A DNA stretch of 64,000 nt. It comes from Catajapyx aquilonaris (taxonomy: Eukaryota). A program made the position numbers and the translations under genes. Under the pieces are notes generated by a model, which saw only the letters and a list, made by a program, of their open reading frames with translations, had not been told where the DNA came from and made no database searches. The DNA is taken from contig KZ538479.1 of the NCBI GenBank assembly GCA_000934665.2, positions 1 to 64,000 on the forward strand, written 5' to 3'. The first letter of the stretch is position 1. Each line of letters opens with the position of its first letter. This document shows positions 21,939 through 35,186 of this stretch, one piece after another.

Positions 21939-24407
21939 CTCTAAGGTTTCCAGAACTCTGTTGGAAACATAATCTCCACTCCGTACAACAGGTACGATAT
22001 TGTACAGTTTTTATCATGGCCGAATTCCAAATGCTGCATTCGAAACAACTTTTTTTCTAGTTTCATTTTTGAGATGAATGAAGAATTTCTTTGAAGACAT
22101 TACTTGCAGGACGATCAGGGTTCCGCCAGAATGATTTCGAAATGTGGCCATTTTTGTTTAAAAATTGTCATGTGGAATACACCTTTTTCAAACCTTTTAC
22201 TGTAGCTGATGCTGTATCAGACGCGACCAGCAGGAAGTATAGTAGGCTACCTATATTGCACGTGCCAAGAAATTGGTCTATTCCATTATTAACCTCAATT
22301 TTGATCAAATGACACTCTGTTCTTCCGTCATTTTGGATCTTCGCTTATAAATAATAGATGATATGGTTCTCACAGACTGGAATAAGCTATGGCACGTTTT
22401 ATTGTAAATTTATCTAACGAAGGCACATAACATTGCCGTGGCATTGGCATATGAAGGCACAATATTTCATATTCAATTTAAAATTAATATTTGATTTAAT
22501 CTAAATATGTTATTGAAACAGATAATCATGCTATCCTACACATACGCCGATGAAAGGTTCTTATCAGCTCCTAATAAAGATTGATATGCTAGCGATTTTA
22601 CCAATTACCCTGCAAAATCTCCCAAATTTACATCAAGTACAAGAGCTAGCTAAGGTAACGTTTTGATAAATGTATGCAGAAGGTAATCCCACAGAGAAAG
22701 ACCTCTGTGTGACCTAAACCATTTCCACCTAGCATTTATCATTCCTTATCAGACAGAATTAACTCAAACTGCAACACTGGCTCGGGAGCGCTTCATTAGG
22801 CTTCAGGGACAGCGCACTTTTCACCAGATGATTATCTGGAGGTAAATGGCGTCCCCGGATTCCAGGAAAAGAAAAGGCCCGCAGGGCACGATGAGAAAAG
22901 AAAAGCAAGGCGCAGAAGAGTCTGCCGGAGAGAAAAGAAAATCTTGCTGGGCTGGAAACTGATATGGCGAAAAAGTAGGATTTTGATCCCCGAAATATTC
23001 CACTTGGCCCAGATTGGCCTCCTCGCTCGCTTTGATGCAGCATCAGCAGCAGCAACTCATTAAAAGCAAGCGAGATCCTTCTTTCGACCGTCACTAAGCA
23101 ACCCCCCACTTGCGTCACTGCCGAAATTAGCCTACCTGAAATCAAGTTGGAGCCAACATCTCAAACAATCCTCGAGAATATTGTTTTCACACTCAGCTCA
23201 GCTGTGACTATAGGGGAAGTCCCGCTATACCAGTCCTCGTGGAAGGAAAAAGGTTGGAGCAGCTAGAAAATTAACATTGTCAGTATCAGGTGACATATTC
23301 ACAGAATAGGATGTCTCCTTACAATTTCCTTACATGTGCGCCTCGTGAAAATTTTTTGAAGTCTCGTGTTATCATTTCATAGCCCAGGGACATGTTAAAA
23401 TGTAAAAAATATATATATTTATTGGAAACACCAATATGCTTAGCCTGTGCCTATAGGTTGAAAAATTATTATTTTGGGGAGGCATTTATGTACCTCGGGT
23501 AACTTGAACGCAAAGGGTAGGAGTTCCTATCAACTGGTGTAATGAATGTAACCCATCAATACAAGTGTAGGCCCTATATTTACTTTCTGTTTGGGTATTC
23601 CATGTCAAAACAGCCTATGATCATGGCTCGACCCACTTATAATTTCGGTGTAAAAGTTCGCAAGACTTCCCTCACTATATGATTGCTAAATGGCAAGATT
23701 GAAGATTCGTAGAACAAAATTTGTCAAAAATGTAGGCAACAAAATATTGCCATTTTTACAGTAACGGTGTCCAGGATCCCTCTTAATATTACGATTGAGC
23801 ATAAAGGTACACACAGTCTGACTTATGTGTATCAAATGAAAGGACATAATGAGAGTAATGCAATGGAATGAGATTTTACATTTTAAGAATATAACACTAA
23901 CCAATTTTATTATCAAAACTGCGCGAAGGTGACGTCTCTGGAACGAAGAAAACACTAGTCATGCTTATTGGCTAATACTATGAAATTATTAAAACATGGA
24001 GTGTGGTCTCAAAGCTAATTCACACATGAAAATTTAACGTGATTAATCAAACCAACTTGGAAATTTTAAAACAAGCCAATTTCAAAAATATCTGAAATAT
24101 GTGATCTTTGACCGCATTTTTTCCCTCGATGGGGCTGTACAGATTCCAAAGTTCAAGTGTCCTTGCATGAATATCTTCATGGTAGCCTAATTTCACAATA
24201 CACAAAAAGGTTTTCCCATTTTGGTTAATTTAGAGGTGGTCAATAATTGTTAAATTATGATTCCATTCAGGAATGAAGAAAATTTAAGTACAAATATGCG
24301 CTATTCATAATAATAAACGCACTAGTTATTATGTGCACAATAGTCATTATGGGCTTTCATGTGATATGTAAGAGTCGTGGGTACCTCGAAACTCTTTCGC
24401 AATAATA

Positions 24408-24687
24408 ACATAATAATAATAATAATGGATACCCCGTGATAGGCCTCCTTGGGCCTCTTAGGGGATCATCTTTTGAATACCCGTCTTTAATCATTGCCTT
24501 TGCTGTGATGGATTTTGATTGCGGGAGGAAACGGGAGAACCCCGCGAAAACCCACGCGAACACGGAGAGAACCCATCGAAACTCTATCTACATAAGAAGT
24601 ATCCTCTGTCCGATCCGGGGATCGAACTCGGGACCTTATAGAGGTGGAAGGCTGCGGCGCTAACCACTCCGCCACCGTGTCGCCCTT
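24408..24687 (-). mobile_element. tRNA-derived SINE with V-domain-like body
   Basis: Minus strand reads GGGCGACACGGTGGCGGAGTGGTTAGCGC...GTTCGATCCC...GTTCTCTCCGTGTTCGCGTGGGTTTTCGCGGGGTTCTCCCGTTTCCTCCC; (TTA)n tail; 18-bp TSD AACTCTTTCGCAATAATA. Confidence 0.9.
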
Positions 24688-27329
24688 AACTCTTTCGCAA
24701 TAATACAAGAACCATTGGACATCAGAGTAGTAAAATTATTATCATATTTAATTATCTATTTCTAATCAATTTTATTCTAAAAATCTAAAACTTTGATTCC
24801 CCAATCATTTAGGGAGGTGCCATGGTTATTTCGCTAAAATTCTGAGTGGTCCAGCCAGCACCAAGCTTTAAAACCTGTGTTGTTTTGACATGGAATGACA
24901 TGAAAACAGCTAAATCATCTGAATTTCTGTAAACCCATAAGTTATAGGGTGGTTGAAAAGAAGATGACGTAAAAGCCCCCAAAACCCAGTCACAAGTATG
25001 TCACAGTGAAACCCACGGCTGACAACGTATGTTCCAGATAAAATGCAAATAGTGATCAATTTATGTCTAATTATGATACAGATAAGATTAGTCTATAATA
25101 TAGCCTAATTATGTTAGATTTACATACATAAAATTGGCTTTCCGGGTACCATGCGGCCTTTTCTCAAGAACGTTGAAAAAGGATCAATTCATCTTGTACA
25201 CAGATTCTTTTCGAATGTCTCAATCAAAATCGGTCTACGTTAGATAGAGCAGATTTTGTCGATTTCAGAGCCATTCCGTGGTCAGTCACATCATTTTTAA
25301 AATATAATAATTGTCATCCACGTGAATGGAGGGGAACATCACGCTGGTTATGACACTTTTACTGTGGGTGATTTTGGTTTTGGCATAACCAGCAAGATAT
25401 TCCCCATCATCACTGATGTCAAAACAGAAATTGGATTGCTATATGCCAGTAATGAAGTCGAAATTTCAAGAATCTATTATCGATAATTGTCCACGGAAAT
25501 TCGAAAGAATCCTACGCTCGAGAGGCGATGAGTACATCTTTATTAGCATGCATAATTTCCACTGAGAGGGATAGAAATTTGATGCTGTTGTAGGATAATG
25601 CAGTCCAGTGACATTTCTTGTTACTTAAAATAAAAATTATACACACAGTTAATGATTACCCTAGGGGGTACTTATGCCGGTGTTCACTCGACTATGAGTA
25701 TAGCATGCACAAGTATGCCAGGTATATCAGGTTTTGTAAAGTTCATATCTACGCCACCTATGTTGTCATTACTAATCAAGTGATAATTATTTCAGTGGCA
25801 GCAAAGGTGACGTCAATCTAAACTGCAAGAAATATTGTAATACACATACTGTAGGTATGCCGGTTTTCATATGTAGGGACTACACTTAGTAGGAGATTGC
25901 AGGTTATGTTGAAGAATGAAACGAAGCAGCAACCATATTTTGCACATATTCACGCGATACACTTATTTTTGTACTCCATTCATACTCCAGTATTCTAGTA
26001 AAAATAAAATAAAATAATAAGAGTTCTATTTGCTCATTCTTTGGATACACTGTAAAATCCATGTCTGCGTTTGTATGCGATCTTTCATGCTTGTATAATT
26101 ATGAAGACCTTTCATAATATGATATGTGGAATTCAAAGTATTTATATTAGGAACGACACACAGAAATATAACTCACATGTTAGTTATCAAAGTTCTTTTG
26201 AAATTACATGTACATATCGTTCGAAATAAATATACAGGATGTTTGAAAAACGTGTTACCATCATGATACCACAAGTAATCCAGCACAGGGCTGTAACGCA
26301 TCATCATAATTTTACTATTCAGAATTATATCATTTACCTGTGGTAACACGCAAGAATAACAATTCCAACACCAGAATAAATTATATAATATTATTATTAT
26401 TATTTATTATTATTCCAGATATGAATGTTACGTGACGCATACATACCGTTAGATACGAATTTCTATCAAAATAACTGGACAATGTATCATCTAATAACCA
26501 TAACGTATCATACTGAAAAACACATTCTCGTGTTGACTTCTGTACTTGTGAATACCACCAGCTACAATATCAGACGCAATAATTACCGCAATAAAATCTA
26601 GCAACTCAGCTCCTGGCCTTATTCAGAGTGGCGCCTGCTATACGACTGCATAAAATACTCTAATACTCTGGTCAAAGTGTATACCACTGCAATAAAGACT
26701 GGCATCAAGTTCTGAACAGCCTTTTAGGCACTTTTCCTGCATTATGTTTACTGAGTAATCCCACTTCATGCAAAACTACATATCACAATTCACTGCTCCG
26801 CTTTCTTTCATTAGTTCAGGCCATTCATTCTTCTCTTTTTTAAATCATACAATCGTCAGGTTTCAAGGGGTGACCACTGATGGCCGAGTTTCAGAGAAGA
26901 TCCAAATTAATTAATCTCCATTTATTTGAAATGAATGCAGTGCATAGGCTCTAGTATTGTGCGCTGGCGTACACTTGTGAAAGCGAGTAAAACGGAGGCA
27001 TTGGAGAGGGTCCTGGCTGCAGCAGCCAGGGAGCAGCTTCATGGATCCGTCTGAGCTGGTGCTCGTTGTTGCGTGCAAAAATCCCAGCCAGGCTAGGCTA
27101 GGCTAGGCAGGCAGCATGCAGCAGACAGCTGGCTCCCAGCAGCCAGCCATCCGGTAGCTATGGCTCGTGCGCAATCGAGCCCTCTGCCCAGACATACCTC
27201 CAGCTCACATCTGCACTGCGTATAAATTCACAGACAGAAAAACCGGAGCTCTCTTTCTCTCCTACGCCATTTTATTTTTTACAGGTAGTACATGCTGTAT
27301 CTGGGATTACTGCAAAATCTTTTCATGTA

Positions 27330-28438
27330 CCGTCAAACGGGGTTACTTAAGCCACTTTTCAATTTCAGACATCTGCCAATTCACGAGCATTGACTTTAGA
27401 GATTAACTAATTGTTGTAAAACATTGGTCTACAGTTACGGTCCACGTATACATGGATGAAAGTTTCCTACATCATGTATGATAAAAACAACAAAAAAAAG
27501 AAGGGGTGGCTTAAGTTACCCCCTGATATGGGGTAACTTAAGCCAGCAGGAAGAATTCAGTGTTTCGCTTATGTTAGACGATGACACGGTAACAAAGTCC
27601 GTTCACAGGGCGAAAATAAACATTTGCATATTGCTCCAGAAATTTATTGTTCAAAATTTCAGGTCATATAAGGGAAAGTATGGCGGCCTCTCTTTATACT
27701 CACCGGCTGTACAGAACAAACAATATTTCTGATATGTGAACATACATTTCATCATCAACAATGCTCCCAACTAGGCAACTACTAGGGCTGTGCGATATCC
27801 GAAAAAATATCGAATCGAAGTCGATATATCGAAAATCGAAAAACCGACATCGAAAACCGACATCGCAAAATATCGCAAACCGACATCGCGATATTCGATA
27901 CATCGCACATGCCAAGCGTCGGATATCGCAACTTCGATATTAGGAAAATATCGTATCGACAGTCGATGTATCGAAATATCGCACAGCCCTAGCAACTACT
28001 CTCCTGACCCTCAGAAGCTAATCCCCGCACTTCTTGCCAGGCTTGGAACAAGTGGCCTATGTTACCCCGTACATGACGCAACAATTAATTTTTAAGTATA
28101 TATTGACACCAAAATGAAAATTTAAGCTATGCAGTATAACTACCTTAAAAGGACTGTTGCAGGTTATGTTTCATCATCTTTATAGCGAATTAAATTCAAA
28201 CAGATGATGTTGGCGATGAAAGTTACGTAGGGTATAAATTAATGATGCAATTATCCTAAACATAATTAAGATTTTACAAAGTTACCTTTGACACAAACAC
28301 AATATTCAAATATGCAGTCCAAAACTGCACTAAAATATGGAACTTATGTCATGAAAAATAACATTTCAACTCAAAACAGTGTTGCCAAAATCAGTGTCCG
28401 AAATTTACGCAGCAAAATGGCTTAAGTTACCCACCCGG
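27330..28438. mobile_element. Non-autonomous TA-flanked (pogo/Tc1-like) element hosting a hAT MITE
   Basis: Left TA|CCGTCAAACGGGGTTACTTAAGCCA, right TGGCTTAAGTTACCCACCCGG|TA. Internal copies of the motif at ~27507-27544 and ~28052-28070. A matching isolated end CCCCGTTTGACGGTA lies at ~41753-41767. Confidence 0.6.
27783..27991. mobile_element. hAT (Ac-type) MITE with ATCG-rich interior
   Basis: Perfect 16-bp TIR TAGGGCTGTGCGATAT; 8-bp TSD GCAACTAC (27775-27782, 27992-27999). Confidence 0.93.
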
Positions 28439-29464
28439 TACCTTAGAATGGGACGACTTCGGACGCATGGCGTGAAATAGGACGCTTACACTTTTCTTTG
28501 CTTGGGTCAGTGTGGACACTTATTAGGAGTCCAAAAAAGCTGTTTGTCAAGGGAGTTGGACAGAGTGGGTTCGAGAGCGTAGAATACAACATGAGCAAGC
28601 CAGATGCACATTGAGAGTACTTCTTACGCACGCTCTCTTCATTGAAAGGCATGCTTCCTTACCAGTACCGGTACTATAATAAATTCCAGAGTCCTCGTTA
28701 TCTCCGGGTTCGGTTGCTCGGTTCGCTGTTTCGGTTATCCTGGGTCTACCACACCTGGGAATAATTGGAACCTACACCTAGACGCAAAATGGTATGCAAA
28801 AATTATAACTTAGGGAGAAATTTGCGATAACTAAAAGGACTGCAAGACTTGGAACACACTGTATGGGAGAAGGACAGGGAAGGAAGGACGTGACTGTAGC
28901 CTATTTTGAAAGGAAACATTACATTATTCATAAATTGCATCACATTATGGAATGATAGGAGGAAACACACAGAGAGCTCCCTCAAGATGGTCATCCGTAC
29001 CTCGGATAGAACAGAAAATTCCGCCTATAATGCCGAACTATAGCCTACTGAACGTCTGAACGACAGTGAGGGTATTATGTTTCAAAGCTCAAACCCCCAG
29101 TTCTAGTGGAAAGGGTCAGAAATTATTATTTTATGAATTGTTGATCTCAGCAACAAATGAATGTTGCTTTGATTATTTCACCCAACCGCTTTCCTCTGTT
29201 TACACTGATTTCTGGCCTAAGCAATCCATAATTTTTCACTTTAGACTACGGACCTGAGCCGTTGACGACCCTGCATATAAATTCTCGAGAGAGGAAGACC
29301 TTATTTTACCCCAGGATGCCAAATCCAATTCGATTTTCTAACCCAGGTCTCCCCCCCCACCAATCTGCCAATACGATGATTCAGTTCAGTATATAATCTT
29401 AGTTAATGCTTGGTTGTCCCTAGAAGTCGGCAGTAGGCCTACCTCATTAATGCAAAGAAGCTAA

Positions 29465-30272
29465 CAAGGGAACGACCAAGGTCGGTCGCCTCCGATTTGG
29501 TTGAAACTCGCTTGAGGGGTCACTCATGTGCGATACACACAGTTGTGAAAGTACTAGATGCCACTGTCCAGCCATTTCCGAGATATGAGCACAAAAAATC
29601 CGAATTTTGGTCGCGAGTACTACAGGTGTCGGGCGGGAAGGGACAAGTGCAAGGCCCATATACCCCTATACTCGCGGCCAAAATTCGGATGTTTCTGTCA
29701 CTCATATCTCGGAAAAGGATGGACAGTAGCATCTAGGAGGCACGTTACACTGAAACTTTGTATCGCTTTTCAGGGAGCCGCTTCGCGTAGAGCGATTCAT
29801 CGCTGTCGTGTAACTTGTGCTAAAGCGCTTCAAAACTCGAAGCGACGTTCGCTAGCGCCTTAAGATAAACTACCTTGTACAATCGCTTCAAGGGATTAGA
29901 AGCGGGTTAAGCCTGCCGTGTAACTGGACGACCCTTCAAGAGCGCTTTTAAATACGTTGCCAGCTGTGTCTTTGCAGACACTGGGACCGCAAAAGAAACT
30001 ACATAACCACTAAATAGGCAAGGCTTCTCCCAATCACTCCCAATTTCAGAAGGGGTGGGAGTTAGGAGGAGGTGGGGGAGGTGGGCTAAGGCGCTCCAAG
30101 GCCTCTCGTGTAACTCCCTACCGAAAGTGCTCATAATTTCTGCGGTTTAAGGGGAAGCGATACAAAACTGTCGTGTAACGAGGCTCTAGGACTTTCACCA
30201 CTGTGCCACACGAGTGACCCCTCAAGCGAGTTTCAACCAAATCGGAGGCGACCGACCTTGGTCGTTCCCTTG
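29465..30272. mobile_element. Foldback DNA element with ~60-bp perfect TIRs, interrupted by a nested insertion
   Basis: CAAGGGAACGACCAAGGTCGGTCGCCTCCGATTTGGTTGAAACTCGCTTGAGGGGTCACTC, with its exact reverse complement at 30212-30272; TAA on both flanks. Confidence 0.9.
29737..30186. mobile_element. Nested Harbinger-like element
   Basis: Termini GAGGCACGTTACAC / GTGTAACGAGGCTC, 3-bp TSD TAG, internal CGTGTAAC repeats. Removing it restores the host's inverted symmetry. Confidence 0.8.
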
Positions 30273-31818
30273 TAAGTACTAAAGTAGGTAACTATAAGTT
30301 CATACTTTTTATTGAGGCACCCTGTAAATGTTTTTTCCCCATGTTGGTATGATTTTATGTTCGTTACACGCTCTAGCCTTAGGAAAGTTAGAAACAAAGT
30401 TTTTGCTTAGCATTCTTTCGCATCTATTGGAAGTGACAGTGTGGAGTTTTCAACTGAAGAAAAGGATTGTCGGGAATGTCCTGAAAAATTAATTTTGATT
30501 TTTTTCAGGTAAACGCCAAGTTAAACAAGCGGGTTTCCAGCATAGGCTGCGACAGTAACCGAATTATAAATAGAATCTATATGCTTAGAAATATTAGCTT
30601 ACTCGAATTAAAGCTAGTGAAATGACGGAAAAAAAACCTAAGAAATGAGGCTGAGCAATTTCCTAACCAAATTTCACGGGATGCTGGCCGAGATTCTTAT
30701 TATACTCGTATTATTCTGTGGTATCCTTATTGCAGAAGGAATTTTCCTTTTTGGACTATAGGTCAGGTTAGTAGCTCTATGCCAGTTAACCAAGAACTAA
30801 TTGACAAGTCACATGTTACCAGGCAACACCACGAGGCTGGGAGGACAAGTTGTGGTTTGTTTGTCCCAGCAACCTGTTTAACAGGAAGCAACCCTTTGGA
30901 AGAAACAATCAAGAAGGATTTAACTTGTTGTGATAGTTGTTTCTCGCTGAATTCATTGGTGGAGTAATATTTGTAGCATCTCTTGAACTGGGAACTTACA
31001 GCAGCCTATATTACAGTTAATCACCATATACATGTACTGTGTAAGATTCAGTGTGGACCTATACTGTATTAAGTAGAAAACGCATCGTCGAGGCACAAAA
31101 TAGAACAGAGTGACTAAGTCAGCTGAGCCGAATGTGGATAAGCGTCGACTACAGTTAGTGGCGTACGTGGTCATCTTGACACGCCTACATTTCCGCCGTA
31201 GTTATACATATTTTTGGCCAACATAACTGTAGATTTACCGAAGTGGCATTAAAATAAGCAACATCTATGTCTTGGAAACCGTGACCAAAATTGGGATAAA
31301 ATGTTTAAAAATCGCGCAGTGACGTCATATGAAGTTCCTTACAGAGCGGCAAAGGTTTTTTTTTATACAACCCCCCTGCTCTTCCTGACGCAACAAACAC
31401 CTACCTACACACTACACCTACACACCTAATAGGAACAAGGTCAGACGTCATTGAGCAACTATAATGAGCACAAAAGTGTGCTTTTCACTTAAATTAACTA
31501 AAACTGATACTAGTGAACTTACTCATTCATTTCCCTCGCGACATTTTCCCCATCAAGATGGGGTTACCAGCGATGACCAGGTACATATTTTAAATATTTT
31601 AACGTGGTTATCAGGTCACATCATCCGAAAGCATTTTCTTTAAAGGGTAGCCAATGCATGGGATCAATGATTGAGATTATATAGACTCACGAATTACAGT
31701 GCCTCTAGCGACGTTTCAGATACAATCAAACCCTGACATACTGTAAAAATGGGTACTTTCAATATCAGGCCTATATATGGTTATATATACCAGTAAGTGA
31801 GGCAACCTTGTCTCATTT

Positions 31819-32065
31819 GAGGGGTCTCAGATCAAAGGCGGCTAAGTCCATTTTTAGGGGGAGTAACACAAATACGTCCAGCAATAATGTATTTTAATGT
31901 CATTGGGTATTAATTTCACATTTGCGTATGTAGCTGAGCCATGGCAACATATATGGACACAAAAAGTTTCAAGATTGGACCAGTGAAAGTTAAGTAATCA
32001 GCAGTTTTTGCTCATTTTACGACCCGTTTTTTTTTTACTTAGCCGCCTTTGATCTGAGAGCCCTC
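31819..32065. mobile_element. Sola-like MITE (GAG...CTC termini, 4-bp TSD)
   Basis: 29-bp TIR GAGGGGTCTCAGATCAAAGGCGGCTAAGT (28/29 match); ATTT on both sides. Confidence 0.8.
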
Positions 32066-33786
32066 ATTTGTACATAGCTATCGCATACAAATTAAATCTC
32101 TAAAATTAATTATATGTTTAACTTTATATTTATTTTACTTAAAATAGCCACTTTAAAAAAACCACGTAATCTAAGATTAAATTTTTAGCATATGTATCGC
32201 AAGGACCATGGAGGTATAAGGTTGGAATATTCGTCTCTCGTGGCTTCATAATACAGTGCCAACTCCAAGTGAGCATATTCATTCAGAAAATTGAGAAAAC
32301 TTGGTTCGCAATAGCATGAAGCTCTACATGTTCCTATCTAGATTATGTAATTAATTTTACAGGGTGAAAGTTGTGCAAAGCTATATGCTACACAATAATT
32401 TGATTAGGAATTAATACCAAGTAATACATTAGAACACGCAAGAACAAAGTTGTTCCACAAGTGAACTGTAAATGTCACGTTGGGTTTTCCCCAAAGCCAA
32501 CTTCTATTGCGGTGATTGAATCAGTGTTTTAATTAGAAGACCAAACCAGTTATCTCCCAAATTAGGCGGATAATGTGGGATCAACTGCATTTTACGTCGT
32601 TGGTGTAACCCTTGTCCTATAATATAGGCTGCGCATCTAGGCATTAACCCAACCCCCCCCCCCTCACATTTTGATATAATCCCAACCTTTCACCCCCCTC
32701 CCTCCCCCCTGACAAAAACCGCCTCCCTCTGGGTCCCCCCAAAAAAGTGTTGATGCAAGCGTCGCGTCGTGGGCGTCGGCGTGGGCTGGCGAAATGTGGG
32801 CCGGTCCTACCTATCCGGGACGCCCACTATGATAGGCCAGTTTCCACGACGGCGTCGAGGGCGTCCGCAAATCACAGGGCGGGAAATTCCGTCCAATTGG
32901 ACACCGACGTCTCCCACGTATCGACGACACCACGAGGGCCAACCGCCCGGAATATCTAGGATCCTGTCCTTTTTAGGCCCGTCTGCTTCCCCGGAGAAAT
33001 CTCATCCCCATTTTCAGCAAGGATCTTTTTAGCCTGGGATATTCCGACAAAAAAAAGGTGAGCCCAATTCCTATTTTTTTTGGTGGGGTGGGGGGTGGTG
33101 ATTGGGGGGAGTGCGACTGATAGGGTTTTTTTAAAAGAGATTTGATGACGTGAGAATAGGTCATTTTTGTTCGGGTGTTTCGTAAGTAAGGTCAACAGTG
33201 GGATGGATCTGCTCTGGTATGTTGGAAGTTTGGAATTTTTTGAGCGATTGGGATACGTCAGTGGTGATGACAATGAATTCACATTACGGATGACGTCATT
33301 CATCCGGGTATTTTCACAATTTTGGCGGCCATATTTATGACGTACGTCCGTAGGATTTTTTGGGGGTGAAATGAGCCGGATTTTCCGGCCAAAGTTTATA
33401 ATCCCACAACTTTCGTCACTGCTTGACGTCATAGGTTTTTTTTTGTCAAAACTTTTGATAGCCAACGTTTAGTTTCGTACTTGAACTGCATTCCTAGGCT
33501 CACTGCTGTACAGGTATTCACTGTAGCCTACAGTATCCTGTTGAATATTATCGAAACCTTCTTGATAAGTGCACTTGGGACATTACGTAAGGTACTTCAA
33601 GCCCCTCTTCAAAATGCTCCTAAATGAATATTGCGGCGGTTATTCCACAGGAATTCAGGCGAATACACCCCATTCACAATATACGAGCCCCTCTCTGGTA
33701 TTTTTAAATATTATCCCAGGCTTTCCTATTTTCAACAGTTTAGTTTACTTGGAAGTATAACCGCTAACAAGTAGACCTGCTCTATA

Positions 33787-34034
33787 ATGGGGCCCGTAAT
33801 AAGCCTCCTTGGGCCGCTTAGGGGATCATCTGTTTATTTAACAGTATTGATTCATTGACTGCGCTGAGATGGATTTTGATAGTGGGAGGAAACGGGACAG
33901 CCCCGAGGAAACCCACGCGAACACGGAGAGAACCCATCGAACCTCTTCCACATGAGCATCCTCTGCCCGATACGGGGATCGAACTCGGGACCTCAGAGGC
34001 TGTGGCGATAACCACTACACCACCGTGCCGCCCC
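33787..34034 (-). mobile_element. tRNA-derived SINE with V-domain-like body (second copy)
   Basis: Homologous to 24408-24687; 14-bp TSD AGACCTGCTCTATA (33773-33786, 34035-34048). Confidence 0.9.
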
Positions 34035-34213
34035 AGACCTGCTCTATATTGAATCACTATAGATATATGTTATGCTTTGGGGGATTACTTACATGATAAC
34101 GTATTCATGCATACAATTCCACCGCACTACCAAGACCAGATCTCAAGCATTACCTTCAATTATAAAATCATTGCTCTCCATAGCAGCTAATAACTTATCA
34201 GGATAAAAAAGTT

Positions 34214-34408
34214 GGCTACGCTTTCATATCGGGAGTCCCCGCACTTTTACCTACTTTCCTAGGCTTGTATCTGCTGAAAGATAGGCGTGTTTCTGCTGAA
34301 GGATAGGTGTGTATCCGCCGGAAAGGAAAGTTAGGTCATGGGATAGGTTGGTACAGAGTGCCCCTATACCCCTTCCACATTCGGTCTCCCGATATGAAAG
34401 TATTTCCA
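34214..34408. mobile_element. Interspersed repeat with inverted CTTTCATATCGGGAG ends, copy 1
   Basis: CTTTCATATCGGGAG (34221) / CTCCCGATATGAAAG (34386-34400); colinear with 40043-40224. Confidence 0.75.
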
Positions 34409-35186
34409 AAAAAAAAAAGAAAAAAAAGAAAAAAAGTTAGCGCAAATCGGCGAAAAGTTTCTTGCTAAGGCATGTAGGTCGCTCTTTTTGCTTCTCGAGT
34501 CCAAATTTCTTATGAGCATGGTGAATAATAGCATGAATGAGAAAAATGAAGGATAGAATTGCAAGAGGAGGAGTTTGAACGAAGAGCGGTCAAAATGGTT
34601 TGAAATATTTTTGTCGACATTTTCAGACTCCAAATGGCCACAGTAAAGCAATATTAAGGTATGCGAGAATTTTAATTTTAATATCTAAAGTGTTAATAGA
34701 TAACGTCCACTATTTTGAGTCGAATATTTGGAAATAGAGTATTGTCCACTACCGGCTGTGTAGTGTGCCATTCTTTCAAATGGAGTAGTACAGCGGGCAA
34801 CTCCATCAATTTAATTCAATTGTAGATTTTTCGAGCAACTTTACGGACACTCTAAAATGGGGTTTATGAACCATTCATGTTACAAGTAAAATCATCATTC
34901 CCGCGCGTGATAATCGCTCACTGGGGACATTTGAAGTTCAAAAAATAGAACATATTATGCAACATTTTGACAGACATGTCTCAGCTCAGAGTCCCTCTTT
35001 GCAATATTCCAACTTTCACTTTTTTCATTTGCAATATTATGCACATTTTACAACAAAAATCTTGATTTGCGAAGCAACAAGGCGTAGCGTCGTAAAAATT
35101 CCCACTACAGTTAGCCCTTTGGGGTACTTTCACTCTGTCGCCTCGTCTTAATTTTTTAAACTATATTTATGAAAGCCAGTTATATG

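Noticed and set aside
26990..27290. CAG/GGCTA-rich block as a coding exon
   Set aside because: No convincing splice-site pair or recognisable peptide.
27700..28095. Arg/Ile/Asp-rich ORFs on both strands
   Set aside because: By-product of the ATCG-rich hAT MITE interior.
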